A DNA stretch of 64,000 nucleotides from Eledone cirrhosa (taxonomy: Eukaryota): positions 24,056,001-24,120,000 of the forward strand of contig OZ024760.1 of NCBI GenBank assembly GCA_964016885.1, read 5' to 3'. The notes under the pieces were generated by a model. The model worked only from the letters and a program-made list of their open reading frames with translations, ran no database searches and had not been told where the DNA came from. Of the stretch, positions 43,043-55,509 are shown in pieces. Position 1 is the stretch's first letter; every line of letters begins with the position of its first letter. The position numbers and the translations under genes are program-made.

Positions 43043-44184
43043 CATCATTTCATTTCATTTTACGTCCGCTTTTTCCCTGCTTGCAAGGGTGGGACGGGAA
43101 CCAATTCTGGCTTGATTTCTACAGCTGGATGCCCTTCCTAACACCAACCTCATTTACAGTGGGTGCTGGGTGCTTTTTTCCGTGGCACCTCCACGACCAC
43201 TTTGCAGTGGAATGATAGGGACCCCAGTCCCTATCATCTCATTTCTACAGCTGAGTAAACTGGAGCAATGTGAAATAAAGTGTCTTGCTCAAGGGAACAA
43301 CACATCACCCGGTCTGAGAATTGAATTCACAACCTTTCGATTGCAAGGCCAATGCTATAACCACTAAGCCATGTGCCTCCATGCATGTATAGCTGTAAAA
43401 TTGTGCAGCTGCAGAGGAAAGATCCACTGCACTGGTCGTTATCATAAAGAGAGGTGGAGAGGAGTGAATATCGCAATTTATAACATCTCGGTGCAAATGT
43501 TCTTAAACAGGTGTGATGTTGGTTGGTTGTGCCAACTTCTGCTGTGATTGGCAACAGCCACTAGCAGCTAGTGTGCATATCAACAATGGGGCCTGTGTGT
43601 GTATATATATAGAGAGAGAAACAGGAAGAGAGGGTGATGGGGAGAAACAGACAGAGAGGGAAAGAGGGAGAAAGAGAGAGAGAAAGAGGGGGGAGCAAGA
43701 GAGAGAGCAGCAAGAGAGAGAGAGAGGGAGCGAGATAAAGAGAGAGGGGGGAGCAAGAGAGAGCAGCGAGAGAAAGGGAGAGAGGGAGCGAGAGAAAGGG
43801 AGAGAGAGGGAGCAAGAGAAAGGGAGAGGGAGCAAGAGAAAGGGAGAGAGAGCAAGAGAAAGAGAAAAAGAGATAGACAGAGAGAAAAAGAGATAGAGAC
43901 AGAGAGAAAAAGAGACAGAGAAAGAGAGAGAAAAAGAGAGAGAGAGAGAGAGAGAAAGAGAAACAAAGAGAGAAAGAGAGGGGGGGGGGGGGCAATGCTC
44001 AATCTAGTTTAAGAGATTTTACTTAGTTTATATTAAATTTCATCCACTTAACAGATTCTGTCCTTGTGTCTGACAAGAGAGGTTTTAAAACGAATCCTTC
44101 ACTCTAAAGTGGTGGTCATAACTGAACTCCAACACCTAAGGTCACATATACATGTTAAGTATATGAAATTTAATATAAACTATT

Positions 44185-44218
<34 letters not shown>

Positions 44219-44307
44219 TTTTTTTTTACTCCAATTATTTGTTGAGTGCTTTATATCAGTTATAAAAATATTTGCTTGTTGTATCCCAACAATTTAAATA
44301 GAACTTT

Positions 44308-44339
<32 letters not shown>

Positions 44340-44341
<2 letters not shown>

Positions 44342-44940
44342 TAAGGAGACACAAAGCAGGCTTTGTTTACAAACGGCTAGTGAATTTGAAAATTAGGTAG
44401 TAACGTGCTTACGCCGTATTTGACTAAATAGAATTAGTCTGTTGGTTGGGATTTAAAAAAAACCCCTCTGAATGGAAAAAAAAAACAAACGATGAACACA
44501 CATCTTTGATTTGCCAGACCTATCCCTTTTCTGAATAGAAAAAAAGGATGAGTATTGACGTACATGGGGACACGAACCCACATCTTTGGTTTGCCGGACT
44601 GATGCGTTACCCTTACACCATTATGCGTGGCGTGTTGGTGTAATGGTAACACATTGGTCTGGCAAATCAAAGATGTGTTACCATTACACCAACACGCCAC
44701 GCATAATGGTGTAAGGGTAACGCATCAGTCCGGCAAACCAAAGATGTGGGTTCGTGTCCCCATGTACGTCAATACTCATCCTTTTTTTCTATTCAGAAAA
44801 GGGATAGGTCTGGCAAATCAAAGATGTGTGTTCATCGTTTGGTTTTTTTTTCCATTCAGAGGGGTTTTTTTAAAATCCCAACCAACAGACTAATTCTATT
44901 TAGTCAAATACGGCGTAAGCACATGTTACTACCTAATTTT
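44340..44940. mobile_element. Palindromic element with tRNA-like modules in (TA)n
   Basis: Arms 44389-44654 and 44673-44940; tRNA-like sequences at 44629-44677 and 44700-44771. Confidence 0.7.
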
Positions 44941-45020
44941 ATTTATATATATAATAAACTTAGGAAGATTGACAAAGGGAAGACATCGAACGAAAACAAG
45001 GTAAAAAAAAGAAAAGTTCT

Positions 45021-45053
<33 letters not shown>

Positions 45054-45182
45054 CAAAAGTTCTATTTAAATTGTTGGGATACAACAAGCAAATATTTTTA
45101 TAACTGATATAAAGCACTCAACAAATATTTGGAGTAAATATACGATATTAACAAATGGAAACTATATTTATAAAACCATATT

Positions 45183-45247
45183 TATTTTATTATACATATT
45201 TCAAGGACACCACGTTAAATTATGGTGTGCTTTCATCAGACAAAATA
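45183..45247 (-). ncRNA. Minimal hammerhead ribozyme, family A (left arm of palindrome)
   Basis: Reverse complement of 45379-45443. Confidence 0.85.
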
Positions 45248-45378
45248 CAATATAGATCAGTTTTATAAATAAATATTGACATACCCTTAAAAATGCAACC
45301 ATTACGGGAGCTTCCAACAGTAATGGTTGCATTTTTTAAGGGTATGTCAATATTTATTTATAAAACTGATCTATATTG

Positions 45379-45443
45379 TATTTTGTCTGATGAAAGCACA
45401 CCATAATTTAACGTGGTGTCCTTGAAATATGTATAATAAAATA
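45379..45443 (+). ncRNA. Minimal hammerhead ribozyme, family A (right arm of palindrome)
   Basis: TATTTTGT-CTGATGA-AAGCACACCATAATTTAACGTGGTGTCCTT-GAAA-T(ATGT)A-TA-ATAAAATA. Confidence 0.85.
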
Positions 45444-45482
45444 AATATGGTTTTATAAATATAGCTTCCATTTGTTAATATC

Positions 45483-45519
<37 letters not shown>

Positions 45520-45784
45520 GTGTGTGAACTAAAAATGAACAAAGGAATCCGGAAGAAATACCAAGAGGTGCTCATTTAATACAAATCACCGTTTACTATC
45601 AACAACACAAATTACCAGTTACCACACCAACACCACTATCATCATCACCACCAACACCACTATCATCATCACCATCAACACATACTATATACTAATATTA
45701 CGACTACCAAAGAGCCGTTCTTACTTTCTAGAACAGCCTTTATGAACATTTTTACCCGTGTGGACCCCTTGAAATAGTTTCCGG

Positions 45785-46219
45785 CGATATCCAATGTTAG
45801 CGGCCTAAATGCCGCTTACTTGCTGTAGTTGCTGCTTACTTCGATGTATGAGGCTATTCCAACAAATTTACATTCCCAGAACGAGGAAACTGTGGGGATA
45901 TGTCGCCGGCCAACAAATGGTTTGTACAGGTAAGAGAAGAAGGGAGCACCCCCCTCTCTCTGTGCTCCCTGGCAGAAAGGTCGCATACTTTCTACGTGTG
46001 TGTGTGTGACCCCAAAAGGCTAATAAATCGCAAAAAAATCAAACAAACAAAAACGTGGCAAATAAAGAAATCTATGCCCCAGTGGCAAATAAATAAATCT
46101 ATATTTCTTTTAACGGCTAAAAAAAAGGGAATGTAAATTTGTTGGAATAGCCTCATACATTGAAGCAAGCAGCAACTACAGCAAGTAAGCAGCATTTAGG
46201 CCGCTAAAATTGGATATCG
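45785..46219. mobile_element. Foldback/MITE-like element with roughly 92-bp inverted repeats
   Basis: 45785-45877 is the near reverse complement of 46127-46219. Confidence 0.7.
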
Positions 46220-46559
46220 TCTAGTTTCCATGTCTAAGGAAACCCCTGCATAAAAATTATTATATATCGAAATATTAATATCTATCCCTTTTATATTTTT
46301 TAAAATAAATAACATAAGAGGTTGAAGCCTTATTATAATATTCAAGGATTTTCCAACGATATGCTGTACACGCATAATAAAGATACAAATATTAAATTAG
46401 TCATTAGCTTATTTAATATATCACTGATTTTCAAGGAACCCCCAGCGCCCTCTTGCGGAAGCCCTAGGGTTCGTTGGAACACCGGTTGAGAAACGGTCAT
46501 ATAGAGTTATCTACCCTGCTTTCCAGGCTGCGGTCGCTGTTGTTGTGGTGATGGTTATA

Positions 46560-47895
46560 ATAATTGTTTCTATTTTAGGCACAAGGCCAACAATTACCCA
46601 GTGCATTACTGGTACTCTATTTTATCGACACCGTAAGGATGAAAGGCAAAGTTAACCTCGGCGGGATTTGAACGGGTGATGGTTATAATAATAATGGTGG
46701 TCGTGTTGGTGATAATGGTGGTGATAGTGATAATGATGGTGGTGGTGGTGGTGGTGGTAGTGATGTTGGTTGTGGTGGTGATAGTGATGATGATGGTGGT
46801 GATAGTGATGATGGTGATGGTGATAATGGTGATAATGATGGTGGTGATGGTAGTGGTGGTGGTGGTGATGGTGACAATAATAATTGTGGTGATAGTAATG
46901 ATGATGGTGGCCGTGGTGGTGGTGATGGTGGTAATAATTGTTTCTACTATTGCCACAAGGCCAGCAATTACCCAGTGTATTACTGGTACTTTATTCTATC
47001 GACTCCGTAAGGATGAAAGACAAAGTTAACCTCGGCGGGTTTTGAAATGGTGATGATGGTGATGATGATGGTGGTCGTCATGGTAATAATAATTGTTTCT
47101 ACGTTTGGCACAAGGCCAGCAATTATCCCAGTACATTACTGGTACTTTATTTTATCGACCCCGTAAAGATGAAAGGCAAAGTTAACCTCAACAGGATTTG
47201 AACTCAAAATGTAAAGGGTCATTACTCTGTGCTGCAAAATGTTGTCTGGCGCTCTACGGATACTGTCAATCCCCTACCCATAATAATAGCTTCTTATATA
47301 GACACAAGGCCAGCAATTTGGGGGGTGGGGAAAGTCAATTAAATCGACTCCAGTGCGTAACTGGTACTTTATTTTATCGACCCCCCCGTAAGGACGAAAG
47401 GCAAAGTTAATCACGGCGGGATATGAACTCAGAACAGAACGGCAAGGGCCGTAACTCTGTGCTACATAGCATGGTGTCCGACCCTCTACCGATACTGCCT
47501 AATAATAATTGTTTCTACTTTTGGCACAAGGCCAGCAATTATCCCAGTGCATTACTGGTACTTTATTTTATCGAACCCTCGCAAGGACGAAAAGGCAAAG
47601 TTAACCTGGGCGGGATTTGAGACTCAGAACGGCAAGGGCCGTAACTCTATGCTTACATAGCATGGCGTCCGTCCGACCCTCTACCAATCCACCATCGACG
47701 GTGATGGTAATAACTGTTTCTACTTTAGGCACAAGGCCAGCAATTACCTCAGTGCATTACTGGTACTTTATTTTATCGACCCCGTAAGGATGAAAGGCAA
47801 AGTCAACCTCGGCGGGATTTGAACTCAGATCGTAAAGGGACGTAACTATGCTGGAAAGCATGACGTCCGACCCTCTACCGATACTGCCAATCCAC
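46560..47895 (-). mobile_element. Cluster of about six full and partial copies of tRNA-derived SINE family 2, separated by (GAT/GGT)n
   Basis: GAGTTCAAATCCCGCCGAGGTTGACTTTGCCTTTCATCC...GATAAAATAAAGTACCAG; single copies at 11085-11270, 25190-25375, 54665-54850, 55270-55435, 59712-59800. Confidence 0.88.
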
Positions 47896-48534
47896 CGTGG
47901 TAATAACGATGGTAATGATGATGATGATGATGATGATGGTGATGGTGACGGCGGTGATGGTGGTGGTGGTGGTGGCAGTAAGTTGTAAAAGTAAAACTCT
48001 AACTTCCGTTAGATTTCTACAACAGCTGGAACGAAACGAAACGAATAACAACAACACAACACCTTAAAAAAAAAAAGAAAAAAAAAGAACCGTTCTTGTT
48101 GTTTTGTTGCCTGCCTATATTGGTAAATATAAATATTTTGGCAGCACCAGATGAAAGAGAACTAACTGTGTCTATCTTGTACATAGATATGGAAACATGG
48201 TTCGATCCCAGAGCAAGGTAGAAAACATTAGATTCTCCGTGCATGTGTGTGCGTGTGTATATATATATATATATAAATATGTATAAATATGTATATGTGT
48301 GCGTGTCTATATGCGTGTGTGTGCTTGTGTGTGTGTGTGCGTGTGAGGTTGTGTGTGTGTGTGTGTGTGCGTGTGAGGTTGTGTGTGTGTGTGTGTATGT
48401 GTGTGATAAGTTTATACACGTTGGTGCAGTCTCGGTTACATACACACTGTGTTTATATTTATAGATATAACTTTAAATAAATACACACACGCATATATAT
48501 ATATCCCGAGTCTTTTCATATATATATATATATA

Positions 48535-48702
48535 TGAAAAGACTCAGGACCCCGACGGCTGAGCTCCGGCCGTTTCAAGTCGAAACGGCCGGAGCTCAGC
48601 CGTCGGGGTCCTGAGTCTTTTCATATTACCCACTCTACTACCCTAAGTATCGAGTACTCTAGTAAGTTATGATCTAGCAGGTTTTTACCACACCATATCT
48701 GA
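48535..48702. mobile_element. Penelope-like terminal element, family B (hairpin containing a hammerhead 3' half)
   Basis: GAAA-CGGC(CGGAGCTCA)GCCG-TC-GGGGT plus its inverted copy; homologs at 8660-8790, 41080-41215, 49905-50048, 50323-50468, 51894-52068, 59205-59396, nearly all adjoining (TA)n. Confidence 0.6.
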
Positions 48703-48800
48703 TATATATATATATACATACATACATACAAAGTGTCCCCTCAAAAATGTATACACACTTCAACAGCATTCTAATAAAATGTTTATATATATTTAGGGAC

Positions 48801-48840
<40 letters not shown>

Positions 48841-48851
48841 TATTTAGGGAC

Positions 48852-48889
<38 letters not shown>

Positions 48890-48921
48890 GGGACACCTTA
48901 TATATATATATATTTAGGGAC

Positions 48922-48967
<46 letters not shown>

Positions 48968-50286
48968 TAAATATACACACACAAATATACACACATATAT
49001 ATATATATACACACATAACACACACACAAATATATCCACACATACACACACACACACACAAATATAGACATACACACACACACATAAATATACACACACA
49101 TATATATAAATATACACACATACACACACACACAAATATACACACACCCATATATATATACCCGTTCATACAAAACCGTCCATCGTTCTGATTGTTTTAA
49201 AATGTTCATATTTATCTAAAAAAAAATAAATGGTCTTCCCTCATAACTCTATAGAAGACCCGTTATTAACAGAAATGGGATTTGAGATTCCATTTTATTT
49301 ATGTTATGTTCTATATACATTCAATAATATGCCAATTCATTGCATATTACATATACTAAATCTTTATAGCATACGTGTTTATGCACTCATACAGACACAC
49401 ACATACACACGCACGCACGCACTTTACGTTATATAACTCGTTATCGTTTTTGATGGTAATGATGATGTTTTAGCCCCAAGTCTGGTCTGATAATGCTGAT
49501 CCGTCAATGATCAAAGGTATTCCAGCCACGACTAACACGTCTTATATTTAATTATTATTATATATATATATATAGAAGTGGTAACACAACAGTTAGTTCA
49601 CTATATATATAGAAGTGGTAACACAACAGTTAGTTCACTATATATATATATATATATATAATACGATATATTAACAAATGGAAACTATATTTATAAAACC
49701 ATATTTATTTCATTATTCATATTCAAGGACACCAAGTTAAATTATGGTGTGCTTTCATCAGATAAAATATAATATAGAGCAGTTTTATAAATAAATATTG
49801 ACATACCCTTAAAGAATTTCTGTTGGAAGCTCCCGGATATATATATATATATATATATATAGAAGTGGTAACACAACAGTTAGTTCACTATATATATATA
49901 TATAGGAAAAAGTATGAACCCGACGGCAGAGCTCAAGCCGTTTCGAAGCCTATTTCTGGACTCTACTATTTCCCACTCTACTACCGTAAGTATTGAGTAC
50001 TCTGGTGCGTTATGGTCCGTTTGGTTGCTTACCACAATTCCTTTGTTATATATATATATATACGATATTAACAAATGGAAACTATATTTATAAAACCATA
50101 TTTATTATTTCATTATTCATATTCAAGGACACCAAGTTAAATTACGGTGTGCTTTCATCAGATAAAATATAATATAGAGCAGTTTTATAAATAAATATTG
50201 ACATACCCTTAAAGAATTTCTGTTGGAAGCTCCCGGATATATATATATATATATATATATATAGAAGTGGTAACACAACAGTTAGT

Positions 50287-50326
<40 letters not shown>

Positions 50327-50466
50327 AAAAAGTGTGACCCCCGACGGCAGAGCTCAAGCCGTTTCGACGCCTATTTCTGGACTCTACTATTTCCCACTCT
50401 ACTACCCTAAGTATTGAGTACTCTGGTGCGTTATGGTCCATTTGGTTGCTTACCACAATTCCTTTG

Positions 50467-50509
<43 letters not shown>

Positions 50510-50561
50510 ATATATATATACAATATTAAATAAATGGAAACTATATTTATAAAACCATATT

Positions 50562-50627
50562 TATTTCATTATATATATTTCGGGGATATCATATTAACAA
50601 TATGCTATGCCTTCCTCAGACAAAATA
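50562..50627 (-). ncRNA. Minimal hammerhead ribozyme, family A (inverted partner of 50785-50850)
   Basis: Reverse complement of 50785-50850. Confidence 0.8.
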
Positions 50628-50784
50628 CAATATAAACAGTTTTATAGATAAATAGATTCGACATACCGTTATAACACCGACTTCCATTTGGAGAGGTTTA
50701 CGCTGGCAGTGTAAACCTCTCCAAATGGAAGTCGGTGTTATAACGGTATGTCGAATCTATTTATCTATAAAACTGTTTATATTG

Positions 50785-50850
50785 TATTTTGTCTGAGGAA
50801 GGCATAGCATATTGTTAATATGATATCCCCGAAATATATATAATGAAATA
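50785..50850 (+). ncRNA. Minimal hammerhead ribozyme, family A (CTGAGGA variant)
   Basis: TATTTTGT-CTGAGGA-AGGCATAGCATATTGTTAATATGATATCCCC-GAAA-T(ATAT)A-TA-ATGAAATA. Confidence 0.8.
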
Positions 50851-50963
50851 AATATGGTTTTATAAATTTAATATTGTAAATATACTCCAAATATTTGTCG
50901 AGTGCTTTTATATCAGTTATAAATATTTACTAATTGTAACCCAACAATTTTAAACATAACTTT

Positions 50964-51013
<50 letters not shown>

Positions 51014-51538
51014 GATATATATATATATACACGGATAAACTCCGACCTCACACACTTACACCTCTCCAAGACAATGTCACTGGACCGTGACCTTTGTCGG
51101 TACTCAGTAACAGAGAAGACCCGCCTTGCCAGTAGGCATCTCTAACAAACTACACCCCGTCCCGCCACCACCCCCACCCATCCACACCACCCCGTTCTAT
51201 GTAAAGTTATGTTGGTGCCGCGCCATCCAGGCCGAAACAAATGAGATCGTGTAGGTGTCACGACAAAAAAACACACAGTCCACGCTGTAATGTGGCCGTG
51301 TAGGTAACACGGTAAAAACCTCCCAGTCCACACTGTAAATGTGGTTGGTGTTAGGAAGGGCATCCAACTGTAGAAAACCTGCCAGACAGTCCTATGCGAG
51401 CAAGACAATCACTCTTGCCTCAAGTGGGACTACCCCCGTCCAAACCCATGCAAGCGTGGAACACGGACGTTAAACGTTGATGATGATGATGATGATGATG
51501 ATATTAACAAATGCAAACTATATTTATAAAACCATATC

Positions 51539-51603
51539 TATTTTATTATACATATTTCAAGGATACCATGTTAAATTATGGTATGCTTTCGTCAGACAAA
51601 ATA
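51539..51603 (-). ncRNA. Minimal hammerhead ribozyme, family A (CTGACGA variant)
   Basis: TATTTTGT-CTGACGA-AAGCATACCATAATTTAACATGGTATCCTT-GAAA-TATGTA-TA-ATAAAATA. Confidence 0.85.
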
Positions 51604-51700
51604 CAATATATACCAGTTTTATAAATAAATATTGACATACCCTTACAAAATGCAACCGTTACTTTTATAGAAGTGGTTACACAACAGTTAGTTCACCATA

Positions 51701-51740
51701 CCGAGAACAATTGTTTCACCTTCGCGGATCTTCAGCTCGG
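51701..51740 (-). ncRNA. Very compact hammerhead ribozyme, family C
   Basis: CCGAG-CTGAAGA-TCCGCGAAGGT-GAAA-C(AATT)G-TT-CTCGG; palindromic loop 3, GUU triplet, weak stem II. Confidence 0.72.
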
Positions 51741-52173
51741 GATGTGGCGAAGGTGAAACAATTGTTCTCGGTATGGTGAACTAACTGTTGTGTAACCACT
51801 TCTACCTAACTCGTCCCATGGACTGAGTGCTCTACCACTACGGATATTACCTTCCAGTGTTCCACCACTCTATATATATACACATATAAACAGATTCAGG
51901 ACCCCGACGGCTGAGCTCCGGCTGTTTCGACAGCTAGATCCGTTCGAAACGGCCAGAGCTCAGCCGTTGAGGTCCTGAATCTTTTCAAATTACCCACTCT
52001 ACTACCCCAATTATCGAGTACTGTAATTGGTTATGGTCCACCTGGTATTTCACCACACCCTATCTGATATATATATATATATAGTGTGTGTGTATATATA
52101 TATATAGTATATATATAATAATGGAGCAGCTGCGCTGCAAATGGGTTACATATGAAAAAGTTTGTCCTCATCA

Positions 52174-52221
<48 letters not shown>

Positions 52222-52253
52222 TGATGTTTTTTAGCCTTCATATCATGTTCTCC

Positions 52254-52324
52254 TGTTTTATCTGATGAAAACACAAATATTATTGCATGATGATGTTTGT
52301 TTTTGAAATGCGCATAATAAAATA
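52254..52324 (+). ncRNA. Minimal type I hammerhead ribozyme (second GCGC-loop copy)
   Basis: TGTTTTAT-CTGATGA-AAACACAAATATTATTGCATGATGATGTTTGTTTTT-GAAA-TGCGCA-TA-ATAAAATA. Confidence 0.88.
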
Positions 52325-52354
52325 CATGGAACTCCTTTAACCATCTTTTGATCT

Positions 52355-52402
<48 letters not shown>

Positions 52403-53649
52403 TGGCTGCCAACTCGTTTTCGAGTACGGCCACTACTTTATATCCATGTAGGAGAACTCCTACCGATGCGCTGAACGAGTGTGACTTTTTAGTCCAGCCA
52501 GCGACTTGAAAACTCTGGTACAAACACTACACTTGTGACAATTATATAACACCTGCAACCCTGATGGTATCCAATATATATAGATATATAGATATATATA
52601 GTAATAATAATAAAATTGAAGACTAAAATCCAAAGAGGGCTCGATAAGGAAAATATATATCAAATATATAAGAACCGTAGAGCAGTTATTTTAATAAATA
52701 TAGATATATATATATATATACACACAGTATATATATAGTATATATATTTACACTTCTCATCAAATAAATGTATCTTGGACTACATCTGTCTTTGCTGCGA
52801 CACGTCATTTTCTGTTATTATGGCAGAGAGAGAGAGGGAGGGGGGGGGGAGAGCAGAAAGCAAAGGAAGAGAGGAAGAGAAAGAGAAATACTTTGGCTGC
52901 TGTTTCTAGCAAATCCGGACGACCACGTTAAGTCCTCCCTTCCCCGTCATCACTCAGCTGGTTTGTCTGTGTCTGTCTGTCTGCCAACGTCCTTGAAACA
53001 TGAATAAACTCCACACATTCGCTCATTCCTTCATCACACACACATACACACACTCACTCACACATACAAACACACACACACACGAGAAACAGGTTCTCTA
53101 TGCAACCAATCTACTTCTGCTAGAAATAGCAGCCAAATCGTTTGGGTTGTTTTCTTTGTTAATCTATGCAGATGGCAACCCCTAATGTTTTAGAAAAGAA
53201 GGAACTATTACTAGATGCTGCACAGTGATGGGGAGGGAGGGGGGGGGGGGGTTATCAGCAGTATAGGTCACGGTTGGAACGCTTTGGACCATCATAACAG
53301 CTCTATCTGTGTATGTGTCTGTCCGTTAGATAGGGAAGGAGGATGACGTGGAGTTATCCACTAGTACTACTACTACTACCACTACTACTACCACTACTAC
53401 TTCCACCACTACTACCACCACCATACTATTTATAATGGTTCCACCAGACCTACTGCTGCTACCACCACCACTACTACTACTACTACAGCTACTACCACCA
53501 CCACCACCACTACTACAGCCACTACTACCACCACTACTACTACTATAACTTGCATCAACACAAGTTGGTGCTCTAATTAGAATAGTTATGTCTCTCTCTC
53601 TTTCTATATATATATATATGTATATATATAATGTGTGTGTATACATATA

Positions 53650-53694
<45 letters not shown>

Positions 53695-53749
53695 TGTGTG
53701 TGTGTGTGTGTGTGTAACATCATTGTTTTAATGTTCACTTACCCTGCTA

Positions 53750-53787
<38 letters not shown>

Positions 53788-54189
53788 GGTGGCTGCCAAC
53801 TCGTTTTCGAGTACGGCCACTACTTTATATCCATGTAGGAGAACCCCCACCGATGCGCTGAACAAGTGTGACTTTTTAGTCCAGCCAGCGACTTGAAAAC
53901 TCTAGTACAAACACTACACTTGTGACAATTATTGACACATAGTGCTGGGCCCATGGTACCATGTGACAAGTGCAGAGAGATCTCCAGATATAAAGCAATG
54001 CCTGTGCCGTGAAGCTTTTATAGTGAGCAAAGGCACTGCACAAAGCCAGTCCCACTCTCTTATCCAAGATGATATTTACCAAAAAGAAGAACAAGTCAAC
54101 ATCATTGGATACCATCAGGGTTGCAGGTGTTATGTCAGAGTTTTCCTTCATACATACATACATATTTCTGGCAATATTATTACAACAAT

Positions 54190-54455
54190 ATGACCCTCCC
54201 CAAGTATAACTATATATATATATATATATTGTTATACTTGGGGAGGGTGATATTATATATATATGTATTGTTATACTTGGGGAGGGTGATATTATATATA
54301 TATATATTGTTATACTTGGGGAGGGTGATATTATATATATATATATTGTTATACTTGGGGAGGGTGATATTATATATATATATATTGTTATACTTGGGGA
54401 GGGTGATATTATATATATATATATTGTTATACTTGGGGAGGGTGATATTATATAT
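54190..54455. repeat. About 39-bp unit, 6 copies, separated by TA tracts and preceded by an inverted copy
   Basis: TTGTTATACTTGGGGAGGGTGATAT repeats; CCCTCCCCAAGTATAAC at 54194-54210. Confidence 0.9.
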
Positions 54456-55509
54456 ATATATATGTATATATACGTGTATGTACACACATAAACTAGTTTC
54501 TATTGTTTATATTCTATCGCCAAGGCAAAATAAATATTATTCTTACGGGGGTCGATAAAATCAGGTACCAGTAATGCACTGGGGTAGATTTAATCAACTT
54601 GCCCTTTCCCCAAACATTGCTGGCCTTGTGCCTAAATTAGAAACCATTATTATTATTATAAAATGGCGGTGGATTGGCAGTATCGATAGAGGGTTTGACG
54701 CCATGCTTTCCAGCATAGTTACGTCCCTTTATGATCTGAGTTCAAATCCCGCCGAGGTTGACTTTGCCTTTCATCCTTACGGGGTCGATAAAATAAAGTA
54801 CCAGTAATGCACTGGGTAATTGCTGGCCTTGTGCCTAAAGTAGAAACAATTATTATTATTATAAAATCTTTCCTTTAAACAGAAGGCCAGGAATTGTTGG
54901 AGGAAGATCAAAGTCTAGTATATCTTGAAACCCCAGTACATGACTGGTACTTTATTTTCTTGGCCCTGAAAGGATGAAAGACTGGTATTAAGCCTGGAGT
55001 ATAATTCAGTATATTTTCTAGTCAAGCTCTCAGCAAGTTTTTACTTGGAAAGTATGATTAAGTTGGAGAGGGAGAAGCTCTCATTATCATCATCATCATC
55101 ATCATCGTTTAACGTATATCTTCCACGCTAGCATGGGTTAGATGGGAATTGTCCCACTTGAGGCAAGATAGATCAGGTGGCTGTGTCTCTTCCAGTAAGT
55201 TTACCAAAAAGTGGGTGAAAATAGCGAAAATGGCTAGAGTAATCGGGTTTATTAGTCAGTTTTTTTGAAAAATAATTGTTTCTACTTTAGGCACAAGGCC
55301 AGCAATTACCCAGTGCATTACTGGTACTTTATTTTATCGACCCCGTAAGGCAAAGTCAACCTCGGCGGGATTTGAACTCAGATCGTAAAGGGACGTAACT
55401 ATGCTGGAAAGCATGGCGTCCGACCCTCTACCGATAATAAGGATTAACTGTATATGTGATGTGGTAAATAAATATATACATATATATTAATATGTAATGT
55501 AGTCATGTA

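Larger units (their letters stand above)
45051..45487. mobile_element. Penelope-like terminal element, family A, as an inverted duplication in (TA)n
   Basis: About 165-bp arms (45139-45305 and 45320-45487), each with a hammerhead; related pieces at 31108-31357, 44225-44310, 49660-49836, 50060-50236, 50521-50966, 51500-51660. Confidence 0.7.
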
